A DNA stretch of 64,000 nt, taken from Epithemia pelagica. Taxonomy: Eukaryota > Protista > Bacillariophyta. Below are positions 1-10,920 of the stretch, in pieces. The DNA is taken from assembly GCA_946965045.2 (NCBI GenBank), contig OX337236.1, positions 3,224,001 through 3,288,000 of the forward strand, read 5' to 3'. A program made the translations under genes and the position numbers. The notes below the pieces were generated by a model, which did not search any database, was not told the DNA's origin, and saw only the letters and a program-made list of their open reading frames with translations. Position 1 is the first letter of the stretch. Each line of letters opens with the position of its first letter.

Positions 1-342
1 ACGGGCGCCCCAATGGCATCCAATCCTCCTGGTGGAGCAGCAGCAGGAACGCAACCCGAAACCGAACTCGTACCGAACCATGGCACTGGTGGTTCTTTTT
101 CCAACACGGACATGGCAGGGAAGGACGACGACCACAACAACACCAACAACAAGACCCTAGAATCATCCTCCTCCTCTGTATGGTTGTCCGTTTCATGTTC
201 CTCTTGGTATACGACGAATGCAGCAGAGATTCAGGATCAGCTCGAGACGGCCACACGTGCCATTGGGTCGGGCCTCGTGGCCGGAACCGTCGTCTGGATG
301 GTCCTTACGGTCCTGCTGGTTCCAGCCGGCACCACAGGATGA
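1..342 (+). CDS. 3' end of a gene truncated by the window edge; low-complexity linker plus C-terminal hydrophobic segment (TM or GPI signal)
   Basis: Frame is open from base 1 to TGA at 340-342 and ends in LVAGTVVWMVLTVLLVPAG; no recognisable domain. Confidence 0.35.
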   Translation, partial: TGAPMASNPPGGAAAGTQPETELVPNHGTGGSFSNTDMAGKDDDHNNTNNKTLESSSSSVWLSVSCSSWYTTNAAEIQDQLETATRAIGSGLVAGTVVWMVLTVLLVPAGTTG

Positions 343-915
343 CGCGCTAGAACCTAGAACTATCCATTCGCATTTCTCGTTCTATTGGAACTGCAAGTGG
401 TTTGGTTTCTTGTTGTTGTGTGTGGATCTGGAAGGAGAAGAATGACACGGAAATCCCATTTGATTGAATGAATTTCTATGGATGATCACGGCTGTGGCAC
501 CCAAAGCATTTGTTACCCATGCGATATATGGTCGAATAGTAGAAGATTTCAGGACCACATGGTCCTCTTATAACTCTTAAAGTCGACGAGCAACTATCCA
601 ACTCGTTTGTAGTACTACCTACTCCTTACTCTCTACTCTAGCACAGTGCCATTCCTAGCCAGTTCTTGCTGTTGACAGGAATGGAGATTGGTGTTGCCGG
701 AGAGTGAGTTCGAAAGAAATTCATGTGCGGTCCTATGCGACAAAATGTGAACGCAAACCATGCAACGAGTTGCAATGATTTGAAGGAGCTTTTTATCCAT
801 TTATTTGATTCGCACCGTAGCTTCGGATTGACATTATTTGCTGCTTTTTTACGAATGGCCAGGATATCGTTTCCGGTTTCATGGCAGTGCAACCTGTTCA
901 ACATTTCAATGACAA

Positions 916-2109
916 TCATGGATCGGTCTTTACTCGCTTACGATTGGATGTCGAGATAGAGCAGGATGTTGCATTCACATCTCGGATACCCATTCCTTCC
1001 CGGAACTGGTACCATCCGTTTGGATGCTGCTCACTGAGTCGACAAAAACACCACGAATTCTTGTCCAGTAGTGGTAATGTCACACAGGAAGGATACCCCC
1101 ATCCACCAATCACGGCAATTTGATCCGCAAGAGTCACCATACTGCAGCCCCATCGTTGTTCTTGCAGTCCAGGGAGATTCCACATGCGGTTGCGGTGCGT
1201 ATCCAAGACTTCCACAGTTGGATTGTCTAGTCCTCCTCCTACAACCAAACAAGAGCCCACGGCAACCACTGTACATGAACTTCGTGCATTGGAAAGCACC
1301 AAATCAGAATGAGTGGTCCAACTGGATGAGAAGGAAATGACTGTAGCAGCCATTTCCTCCTTTGTCTTTTCATGATCACAAGGCATTGCAAAGTCAATGT
1401 ACTCTACCGAGTCAAGATTGCCATGCTCGTTACGACCTCCAACGACAAAGATTCGGTGGCCAATAACCGCACTGCCACAAAATAATCGAGGGACAGTCAT
1501 GCTTGGTCCCGCTGTAACAGCGTGGTTGTGGGTATCAATAATATCCACCGACGACAAACATTGACCATCGTTGTAGCCACCCATTACAACAATGTATCGG
1601 TTGTGAACCGCGACAGCACAACATCCCACTCGTCCCGTTGATAATCGACATGTCAATGTCGTCCAAGGGCTCTCCTGCGTCCTGGTTGTTGTCAAAGATG
1701 ATCGGAGCAAATTCTTTACGTCAATTCGTTGGATAAAATCCATCGAACCTTGATTGTATCCTCCCATTACGTAGACACCCCCGTTGCACACAACAGCGGC
1801 ATGTCTATAACGTCTCTTGTTCATGGGTGGCCCTTCTCGCCACTGCATGTTTGGGTCTGCTAAGTTCAATAGAAGGATGGAATTGACCTTGCCTTGGCCT
1901 TGTTGCCATCCTCCCAAGACGACGACCGTTTGTCGCATGTTGTTGTTCTTGTTATTGTCGTCTTCATCGGGGTGATCAAGTACGACCGTAGCATGTTCGT
2001 TACGCCATCCACCCTCGAGAGAAGGCCAATTGTTTTCATTCCATTGTGATGTCTCTTTCGATAAGAAAAGGCCCGACTGCCATGCTTGTTCTTTCAGTGT
2101 CATGCTCAT
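916..2109 (-). CDS. Stand-alone kelch-repeat (beta-propeller) protein, paralog 1, 397 aa
   Basis: Repeated GG kelch motifs (VVVLGG, VYVMGG, IVVMGG, IFVVGG, LVVGGG, IAVIGG) with W..GP.M..R..H/C signatures; no BTB domain; basic tail NRKRVKT. Confidence 0.9.
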   Translation of the reverse strand: MSMTLKEQAWQSGLFLSKETSQWNENNWPSLEGGWRNEHATVVLDHPDEDDNNKNNNMRQTVVVLGGWQQGQGKVNSILLLNLADPNMQWREGPPMNKRRYRHAAVVCNGGVYVMGGYNQGSMDFIQRIDVKNLLRSSLTTTRTQESPWTTLTCRLSTGRVGCCAVAVHNRYIVVMGGYNDGQCLSSVDIIDTHNHAVTAGPSMTVPRLFCGSAVIGHRIFVVGGRNEHGNLDSVEYIDFAMPCDHEKTKEEMAATVISFSSSWTTHSDLVLSNARSSCTVVAVGSCLVVGGGLDNPTVEVLDTHRNRMWNLPGLQEQRWGCSMVTLADQIAVIGGWGYPSCVTLPLLDKNSWCFCRLSEQHPNGWYQFREGMGIRDVNATSCSISTSNRKRVKTDP

Positions 2110-2764
2110 GGTTCCAAAATATTACCTGCAGAATTTATGAGGATCGAGACACTGCATTGTTAGTGGTTAGTGGTTTTGCTTTGCTCCTGTGATTCTGATG
2201 GGTGCAGACTGGAAGCACGACTGACTTGACGAAATGGATGGAACAAAGATGGGTATAGCTTTCGCCACGAGACAAATCGTGACCGTAGACACGCAATGAA
2301 GAAGACCACGCATTCTTGTTTGGAATATCGTGGAAAAGTTTTTGGATATCGAAATAAACTTCATGGCGAGACAGACAACCCCTGATATAAGTATGGCTTC
2401 CATCTATTTCTCTCTTTCCCTGTGTCATATCCATAGGCTCTTCGTGAGCTCTCATGACTAGAGGATCTCTCTGCAATTCTACTTTTTTGAGCCTTTACTT
2501 TGGATAACCACAACTACCCTTCATCTAGAGGACCATCGGGATGGCGAAGGGGATTCCACGTAACAAGACTTTCAATCATTGCAGCCTCGGCCTGTAAACC
2601 AAAAGAGGATACCCTTCCATCATGATTGTTTTGGCCTGGTGGATCGCTTGTGTTCCTTTCTGGTTCCTGATGTTGCTCTCTGGTTGTCGGTCGACTTCTC
2701 TGCAGAGACCTTGTTCGTGCTGTTCTGGAGGATGGATCCTAAAGCACTTGGTGGTCATAGCTGG

Positions 2765-3758
2765 TTATGATTGTCGAGTCGAGGAGGACACGGATGATGG
2801 TTGAGCTTGTGGTGGACCGTCTCCCTCGGACGAGGCGGTGGGTGGAACGAGACGGCCTCCAACAGACAAGAGGACTTGTCGATTCGTGTTGTGTTTGGTG
2901 TGGCGGTTGTAGTGAGTGTTCGTGGGAAGCGACAGGGTGACCAAACTCGCATTTTCTCGGGCCACGGACAAACTTGGCCACGACGGAGCCAGTCGACGAC
3001 CACGTCGTGAGGTTGGTACTGTGGTTGTGGTGGTGGTTGTGGTGGCTGTGTGGATAATATAAGGATCGGGGTGTACCAACTGGGACGTTGGGGAGGTGGT
3101 GCTGTTTTGTTTTGTTTCCAGTCCTGGGTGTCGGAGTGGATTCCAAGGATTCGACGAGGAGGACGACGACGCTAGCAGTGTGACGACACGTGGATTTGCC
3201 GAGTGTTGCGGTGCTCGTTGCAATTGCAAAACTTGCAGGGACGACAAGACATGTCCATGTCCATCTCGTCCACCCGCCACGACAATGGTGGACGAATCGT
3301 TGTTTGACCGCACTGGCACAATATTGTCGTGGAACAGTCATCGATGGTCCAGCAGTGACAATGTGATTGCTTGTATCAATAATATCCACGGACGACAAAT
3401 AGCGACTGTTGAAGCCACCTATCACAACAATATATCGGTTGTGAACCGCAACAGCACAGCATCCAAATCGTTGCGTTGATAAGCGACAATTCAATGTCGT
3501 CCAATGACTATCATGTACGCTCAAATCATTAGAGTCAATCCGTTCCATGCAGTCCATGCAGTCCAAAGATGCTGTATTGCTTCCTCCCATCACGTAGATG
3601 CCTCCGTTGCACACAACCGCGGCATGGTGAGAACGTCTCCTGTTCATGGGTGGTCCTTCTCGCCACTGCTTGTTGGAATCTGCCAAATTCAATGCAAGAA
3701 CGGAGTTGGCATTGCCTTGGTCTTGTTGATATCCGCCCAACACGACGACTGTCTGCCT
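2765..3758 (-). pseudogene. Kelch paralog 2, 3' portion; chimeric and frameshifted
   Basis: 3306-3758 is clearly homologous to paralogs 1 and 3 (WREGPPMN, GIYVMGG, RYIVVIGG). At ~3305 it switches to a different kelch-like sequence in another frame (TIVVAGGRDGHG, VLLSVGGRL). Its 5' part lies beyond the transposon at 7804-7979. Confidence 0.75.
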
Positions 3759-3852
3759 GGGATTCCATACGGCTACCAGACCGGGTCATTCCATAGTTGG
3801 ACCCAAAAGGGCCCAACCAATAATCTACACTAGACTAGGTTAGAAAGGTAGA

Positions 3853-5764
3853 CTAGCTATCACCACCATCGCCAACATTGACAGCAGGAGCAGCTTCGCC
3901 AACTTGATTGCCATCGCCAACTTGGTAGACTCCTTGCCCCCCATCGCCGTTGTATCGCACGTTTGCCAATGTTCGCCAAATGTCGCGCCAAAGGTTGTCC
4001 TTATGGTTTGTCAACCACATGATCTTAAACAAGTGCCCCTTGAGGGCATTCTCATTGTAACACGCTGGGTCGATCCTTCTCTTGTAGCGCTTCCCCCACA
4101 GTCCCTCCACGGTGTTCGTACACGCTTGTGTTTCGGGATCATTGAAGGTCTCACTGTGGTTCACCGTGTAGTGGGTGTAATACCGATCTCGAATCCTCTC
4201 AATACCCTGGTAGGCTCTCCAACAGTCGCTGATGATGGTAGTACCTGGATGGATCCATTCCTTGATGATGGGGAGTAGAGTTCGCGCTTTTCGATCCTTG
4301 ACGACAAAAGCAAAATTTCGACCAGCTTTACACTTATTTCCGTCAAATTGCTCTTCCTGGAAGGGATTATTGGAGTTAGGCTCCAAACGCTCCACTCCCC
4401 CAAAAACCCAAGCACCCTCAACTCTATGGCCTCTATGAGAAAAATAACAGAAGAAGTGTGAGAAATCGATCGGTAGTAAGCAGTCGCGGTCCCCCAAATA
4501 CTACTTACATGATATTTTCTTTTTCCAAATTTGGACTCATCAATTTCCACAACCATTCCCGGTCCCCCAATCATATAGTTAGTTTCGGACGTGATCTCCA
4601 ATGCGACTGCTTCTCGTAGGTTGTTGGCCCAATCGGTCGCAGTTTCCAACGAGATCCCCAAGGTTTCAATAATTCGCGCTTGCGGAGTCTCGCGGATCCA
4701 CTCGTAGACAAAATGTACGAACGTTGACTTCCGAATTTTCGAATTGCCCAAAATAGAATCCTTGAAGAGTGAGACACTCTTGAAATTACAGCGTGTCTTC
4801 TGATACCGGAACAAAAAACAGTCATTGGAATCAATATTCTTGCTTTTTTGGCGGAGATTCCCCCCACACGCCGGGCATGCCACCGGAAGATCCACCACTC
4901 CCCGTCGCACAAGAAACACGACTGCAGAAATCTCGTCGAAGAACAAGTGGTATATCTCATCAGCGGGAGTGATAGACCGCTCCGTTTTTCGACGCTCCAA
5001 AAGATACGAGTACCGCGCACTTTTTTCGGCGGTTCATCCTCACCCTCATTTTCCTCCTCTTCGGAAAGGACGTCGAAGCAGGACAAGGGTGTCTCGATGG
5101 AGCCTGCGGCCAAACGCAACAACTGAGTAAAGTCCATGGGGCAGGAAGTGGCCGTGTGGCATGGTGGCAGGATGTTGGATGCCGCTTTGGCGGCGAGCTT
5201 TCGTGCTTCTGGCAGGGGCACCATCCTTTTTTGTGATAGTGGTTGGTTCATCGTCGTTGAAGCAACAGACCCAACAATCAACCCGTCGGAAGAAGAAGAA
5301 GAAGAATGACGTGGACTCGGCGGAACAGGGAGGAAGGCGGAAGGGTCAGGTAGCGTGGCGATTGGAGAACCCTGCGTCAGGGGACCGTCGGCGTCGACGG
5401 AGAAGGACGATGGTGACGGATGACGGCGGAAAAGCGACCCCCGTGGGCGAACAAAGTACTCGAAGGCATGCCCGGTGGAGTCTTGGGTGAGCATGGGGAA
5501 GACGGGGGCAGGGGCGAAGGGCAAGGGTGGAGGGCAGTCGACATCGCCGCAACAATCCACCACGGTTTCGTCGGACGAGACGGACGTCGTGTCCTGGGGC
5601 GATGGGAGGACGAAGGGATTGTCGCACGATGGAAGCGACCCACAAGCGGCCGAAAGAGACACCCTTGGGAGGGAGGGGACATCGGGAGCGGCGGTGGGAG
5701 GCCGGGAAGGGGCGCGACGGTAGGGATTCACATGGGGGTAGGTGATGTAGTTGAAAGGGGCCAT
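3853..5764 (-). pseudogene. ISXO2/Merlin DDE transposase with Pro/Ser-rich N-terminal extension; frameshifted, one probable intron
   Basis: Zn-ribbon-like CPACGG, VEIDESKFGKRKYH, RGHRVEGAWVFGGVER, IISDCW, HYTVNHSETF, TNTVEGLW. The N-terminal ORF (5764-5001, NLS-like PPKKVR) joins with a 1-nt shift at the A4 run 4999-5002. A GTAAGT...AG intron at 4508-4433 gives a splice 2 nt out of frame. Confidence 0.85.
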
Positions 5765-6376
5765 GGTGGAGTGTGGAGGGAGGCAAGGTGGAAAGGAAGG
5801 AGTGATTCAAAGAAGGAGTGAGGGACAATGAGGGACCATTTATGACCAAGACCGAAGGAAAAGCGATGGAAAGTAGGTAGACAAAAAGTAGAAGGAAGAT
5901 GGAGGGCCAAAGGATGAGAGACTGGCCCACGAAGACAGTATAGAGATAAACCTACAGGTATAGGAACATATTAGCTTTACTACGCGTTAGGAACGAAGTA
6001 AATAGGGATGGGACACCCCAGGGAGGGCCCTGTGACACCCAAATTGTGTGACAAGGTCACAGGGTAGGTAGGTAGACGGTACTGGTCATTACGATGATAA
6101 GATTTGGACGAGAAAGAAAAGGGACCACAAATCACAAACCGTGGGCAAAGAAAACGGAAGGTAAGCTCCCCACGCGCAAAGACACAAGACCTAGCCTGTG
6201 ACGCAAAAAGCAGATGGTGACAAGAGGAGAACGAGCCCGCCGTACTCACTGGACAATAGTGACAACAAAGGGCAATAAGAGGAAAGCGAAATTGACGTTA
6301 AAAAAGCGTGGCACGAAAAAGAAGCCTAAGTACTCGAGTTCGAAAAATTGTGGTTCTAACAAAAATTTGAAACAGG

Positions 6377-6982
6377 ATGTCGTCGTCACCCCGCAATCCC
6401 AACGCGAGGAAGGGCACGTGCGCAGTCGTGGCTCGAGGCAAATCGGAGCGATTGGGAGAAGTCGGATGGGTATCGAAAGAGTGGAACTGGGCAACGAACC
6501 GTATCGGTATTCGATTCGTCAATCAGGACCGGACGTCGTATTTCCACCCAAAGAACATCGACTTCAAGGAAAGTCTTCCCCTAGCGATCACCACCCACCC
6601 GGCGTTCGAAGCATGGGCGACGAAGGAAAATCTTACCAACTACCTCGCGAAAGGCAAAGTGTACATCGACAGTGTGCGATTGGAAGTGGAACCCAACCGC
6701 ATGGTAGTGGAAAACGTCCCCCTGAAGCAAGAAGCGGAACCCGAACCAGTATACAGTACTATGCGTACAACTAGTACCCAAGACAGGAACGAAGACACCC
6801 AACCGGCGGCAAGGAACACCAAGAACATCGAAGAACAGATCTCACAGTTAACCAATATCATGGAGCAGATGGTGATTCGCTTGGAGCGCCTGGAGAAAAG
6901 GGCCAATCAAAACACTAGGAACAGCACGGACCCATTCGGAGACGAGAACGACTCAGTGACAAACTATAATTCCAATAACTAG
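6377..6982 (+). CDS. Transposon accessory ORF2, unknown function, 201 aa
   Basis: ATG-initiated, protein-like composition, beta-rich N-terminus and C-terminal heptad segment (IEEQISQLTNIMEQMVIRLERLEK); lies inside the TSD-bounded element, divergent from the transposase. Confidence 0.5.
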   Translation: MSSSPRNPNARKGTCAVVARGKSERLGEVGWVSKEWNWATNRIGIRFVNQDRTSYFHPKNIDFKESLPLAITTHPAFEAWATKENLTNYLAKGKVYIDSVRLEVEPNRMVVENVPLKQEAEPEPVYSTMRTTSTQDRNEDTQPAARNTKNIEEQISQLTNIMEQMVIRLERLEKRANQNTRNSTDPFGDENDSVTNYNSNN

Positions 6983-7032
6983 TAGAACTAAAATAAGAAT
7001 ACGACTGTCCGAAGAACAAAATTAGAAATTAT

Positions 7033-7493
7033 CTAATTATTGCCTGGCGAAGAAGAGCGACCAATACTGGCCAAACGGGAATCCATCCACGTCAAAAGGG
7101 AAATCTTGGTATCACGCAGAGGCGCGCCAGAATCTTCAGGCTGGTCGTCGTCGTCCGCGCCGGATCCGAAGGGATCATCCATGTCCCCTAAATGAAGACG
7201 GGATTGATCCAAGAGAGACTTATAGAAAATCGGATGGCGCGCAGCAAAGTCTTCAGGGGCGATATCAGGGAAGCGTTCTTGTAAGTAACCAAAAAAATGA
7301 CGCGCCGGATCTTGGAGAGAAAACGGAACTGGGCATCACTTAGGGCGTCGATGTCGCACGGATCGGATTCATCCGACCCAACGGATCCAAAAACACTATC
7401 ACCACCAACAGAGCGCGTGTCATCGTCATTGTCATCATCACCAGGGGCACGGGCTGAGGCCAGAGTCGAAGCAGGCGGAGTAGAAGTAGACAT
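7033..7493 (-). pseudogene. Transposon accessory ORF3 (~150 aa), frameshifted at an A7 run
   Basis: ORF 7493-7188 continues protein-like in another frame after the homopolymer at 7291-7297 (GYLQERFPDIAPEDFAARHPIFYKSLLDQSRLHLG...SPGNN*, stop 7035-7033). Confidence 0.4.
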
Positions 7494-7803
7494 CGTGGAA
7501 AAAAAGTGGTAGAAGTAGACAGCGGATGGTAGATAGCCTGCGCCAAGAAAGAGACCGAGCAGGCGATAGGTGCGCTATAAAAGTAGGATGCCAGGCGCAC
7601 AGAAAAGGCAAAAAAACCTGTCCCAGAAACGCCGTCCACTACACTATAGGACACAGTAAAAATAGGAAACTTGTGCAAGGAGGACGGGCTGGAGCGGTCA
7701 TTCAAAAGAGAGGGGCTATTCAACAACACCTACATCAACTACACTACCTACAAGGGATACTAGGAGGCCCAGCAGAGTGCAGTCCCATATCCGAATGACA
7801 ACC

Positions 7804-7979
7804 GTCTGCCTGTTGTTGTTGCTAGCGTTATCCGTATCGGGATGACCAATTATGACCGAAGCATGTTAGAAACGCCATCCACCCTTGAGAGGAGGCCAGT
7901 CGTTAGTATTCCATTCTGAATCTTCGTCCAAAAGGACAAGGCCCGACTGCCATGCTTGTTTTTGCAATGTCATGCTCAC
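7804..7979 (-). pseudogene. Kelch paralog 2, 5' portion
   Basis: Translates as (V)SMTLQKQAWQSGLVLLDEDSEWNTNDWPPLKGGWRF*HASV, matching the N-termini of paralogs 1 and 3; start ATG changed to GTG; in-frame TAA at 7868-7866. Confidence 0.85.
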
Positions 7980-8560
7980 GGCTCCAAACGTTGACACGGC
8001 GCGGAATTTATGAGGAGGATCGCGAATCGCGAATCACGACAGTGATTGTGATGGGTGCGGACCGAGACATGTTGTATGGATAGACAACTATGACGCGTGG
8101 AAGGCATGGAGCCACAGAGTGCCTGTCGGACGTACGGTATCGCACATAGACTTCATGAAAGTGTCCCCACCAACCAGTTAGCTAGGTAGGAACCTACCGG
8201 GATGGGGCGGCTGAGTTCAATGATCACCCAAACACAAAAGGGCTCATAACCTACCACGATACGTTGGGTATTTTTGATATTTTTGATGACGTAGTCTGAC
8301 GTGTTGGATTGGCTATATTTAATAAAAACTTGTGGATTGCTATGACCGTTCTGCCATTATAAATTTTATACCTTGACGTATATAAAATTATATTGGGCGG
8401 GCTGGATCTGGCGTTGAATTTTGGAAAATCGCGTGCCGGCCTACTGAAATTGTATACTCAGTGGCAGAGGTGCTGGTCGGGTCATTGTGTATTTCCCACC
8501 CCCGGACCCCCTATTGGCCTGCCGGCTTACCCGACTCCGTTCTTTGAACTCAGTCGCATA

Positions 8561-9258
8561 CTCCCTCTCTGGACCGAAATTGTGTAGCGAATTGCAAAAA
8601 AATACTGTTACTTCATGGGCATATCTCCGTTTGTACGAAAAATTTTATAGATCGGTCGGTCTTTCCAAGATCTACATTTTCATGTATAATTTATGTGTTC
8701 CATCTCTCATTTTTGGGGCCATGAGAGGCAACTAAAGCGTAGCAAAAATAAATGTCTAACTTTGCCGTACCGGTTCATGCCCCCTGACCCCTCTCAAGAC
8801 CCGGCCCATTAAGGGGAGGCCCAGAGGGGTCCATAGAGGAGGGATATGCATCCACGTGCCATAGTGCTTCTGCTGGCGCTGGCTAAAAATGGCAGACTTT
8901 CCCATGGTGCCATTGCACAAGTCGCCAAAAAATTTGGTGCTAGCAGAACCTCCATAAGTAATCTGTTGGCGCGTGCCATGCTCAGTCATGCTTCAGTGCT
9001 TAATCAACTCACCAGATATTTGGCCTAGAGCATGCAGGCGCGGAAAAAAGCTTATCTATCAGTCCTTAGTCGTTATATTTGACGTGAAATAGTTTTTCTA
9101 CTTATTTGAAGGCACGTGTATCGTGGAATGTTCATCTCTAAAAATTCGACTCCGAATGAGCCGGCCAGTTCCCCGTAGGTTTGTACCAGGGTCTACGTGA
9201 TGTATTAAGGCGACTAATTTTTCTTGTTGGTCGCGCGCTACACAATTACGGTCCAGAG
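8561..9258 (+). mobile_element. Non-autonomous, internally deleted mariner derivative (MITE-like) related to the element at 21207-23139
   Basis: TA at 8559-8560 and 9259-9260; left end CTCCCTCTCTGGACCGAAATTGTGTAGCG, right end (reverse complement) CTCTGGACCGTAATTGTGTAGCG; retains the transposase 5' remnant (LLALAKNGRL, QVAKKFG) and the 3' subterminal region. Confidence 0.85.
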
Positions 9259-9656
9259 TACTAAAGTTAGAGCTATCTCTCTCGTTTGTCAGATGTCTCT
9301 AGTAGAGCTGAAATACATGAAAACTGTTCCCTTGCACCCTAGTTCTCTGTCTTATTGAATATCCAAACACCTCTCTCTCTCTTGGAATGGCAGTGTTACT
9401 TCTTTTTGGTGGGGCTCGGTTTCTTTTTGTTCGTGGATCTGGAATGACACGGAAATCCCATTCGAGGGGGAGTGAATGAATTTCTTTGGACGTACGGCTT
9501 GTTGCTCTTGGATCCCAACGAGTTCGAGGAGCTTTTGATTCATTTATAGGATTCACAACGTAACTTAGGATGGACAATATTTCCTGTTTTTAACGTATGA
9601 CCAGATATAGGTTCCGAGTTCATTGCAGTGCAACCTTTTGTACAGTTCGATGACAA

Positions 9657-10856
9657 TCATTTATTGGTCCTTGCTTGTTTACGATTGAAAGTCGAGGAAG
9701 TGCAGGATGTTGCACTCACATGTCGGATATCCATTCCTTTCCGAAACTGATACCATCCGTCGTTGGGCAGCTGCTCACAGAGTCGACAAAAACACCATGA
9801 ATGCTTGCCCATTAGTGGCATTGTCGCACAGGCAGGATTGTAACGTCCAGCAATCAAGGCAATTTGATTGGCAACAGTCACCATATTGCAGCCTTCAACG
9901 TTAGTTTCGATGGATGGGAGATTCCACCTGTGGTTGCTGTGTGTATCCAAGACTTCCACGGTTCGACTGCCTCCTCCCGCCACCACCAGACAAGATCCCA
10001 CGGCAACTGCTGCACAAGAATATCGTAGGTGGGAAAGTACCAAATCAGAATGAGTGATCCAACTGGATGAGAAGGACATGATGATTGTAGAAGCAGTCTC
10101 CTTCTTTGTCTCATCCTTGGCACAAGGCTTTGCAACGTCCAAATACTCCACCGATTCAAGAAACGGATAGTCATTATTGTTATGACCTCCGACGACAAAG
10201 ATGCGGTGACCAACGACCAAACTGGTACACCCAAATCGTGGAACGTTGAGGCATGATCCCGCAGTGACACTGTGGTTGCTGGTATCAATAATATCCACCG
10301 AAGAAAAGCTTTGCCCTCGATCCCTTCCCCCCACTACGACAAGGTATCTATTGTTCACCGCAACAGCACCACATCCATATCGTCCCGTCGATAACCGACA
10401 GTTCAATGTCTTCCAATGGATCTCGTGTGTGATGCTTGATGTCGAGGACGATCGCAGCAAATCATTGGCATCAATTTGTTTGATACAATCCAAAGTTGAA
10501 CCATGACTGTACCCTCCCATAACGTAGACGCTGCCATTGCACACAACAGCGGCATGTTCACGACGGCTCTTGTTCATGGGTGGCCCTTCTCGCCACTGCC
10601 TATTGGACTCTGATAAATTCAATACAAGAACGGACTTGGTGTTACCCTGGTCTTGTTGAAATCCGCCCATCACCACGACTGTTTGTCCGTTGTTGTTGTT
10701 ATTGTCGTCTTCATCGGGGTGATCAAGTACGACCGTAGCATGTTGTTCACGCCATCCACCCTCAAGAGGAGGCCAATCGTTGTCATTCCATTCTTCTCTC
10801 TCGTCCAAAAGGACAAGGCCCGACTGCCCTGCTTGTTCTTGCAGTGTCATGCTCAT
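9657..10856 (-). CDS. Stand-alone kelch-repeat protein, paralog 3, 399 aa
   Basis: Collinear with paralog 1 over its full length; six GG-type repeats; intact ORF. Confidence 0.9.
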   Translation of the reverse strand: MSMTLQEQAGQSGLVLLDEREEWNDNDWPPLEGGWREQHATVVLDHPDEDDNNNNNGQTVVVMGGFQQDQGNTKSVLVLNLSESNRQWREGPPMNKSRREHAAVVCNGSVYVMGGYSHGSTLDCIKQIDANDLLRSSSTSSITHEIHWKTLNCRLSTGRYGCGAVAVNNRYLVVVGGRDRGQSFSSVDIIDTSNHSVTAGSCLNVPRFGCTSLVVGHRIFVVGGHNNNDYPFLESVEYLDVAKPCAKDETKKETASTIIMSFSSSWITHSDLVLSHLRYSCAAVAVGSCLVVAGGGSRTVEVLDTHSNHRWNLPSIETNVEGCNMVTVANQIALIAGRYNPACATMPLMGKHSWCFCRLCEQLPNDGWYQFRKGMDIRHVSATSCTSSTFNRKQARTNK

Positions 10857-10920
10857 GACCCCAAACGTTGACTGCGGAATTTATGAGTCTCGCGAGATCG
10901 AGAGGGCGTTTTTGCGGCTG

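Larger units (their letters stand above)
3759..7803 (-). mobile_element. Merlin / IS1595(ISXO2)-like DNA transposon, 4045 bp, inserted in kelch paralog 2
   Basis: 8-bp direct repeat GTCTGCCT at 3751-3758 and 7804-7811. Removing the element and one copy restores kelch coding sequence (NNNRQTVV). Termini are GG...CC and the element contains an ISXO2-type transposase; TIRs are only weakly similar. Confidence 0.82.

Noticed and set aside
361-480. Similarity to 9360-9490 (GTGGATCTGGAA...TGACACGGAAATCCCA)
   Set aside because: Explained as a co-duplicated kelch 3' flank; no evidence for an ncRNA
2135-2576. Short ORFs upstream of kelch 1
   Set aside because: No motif or splice support
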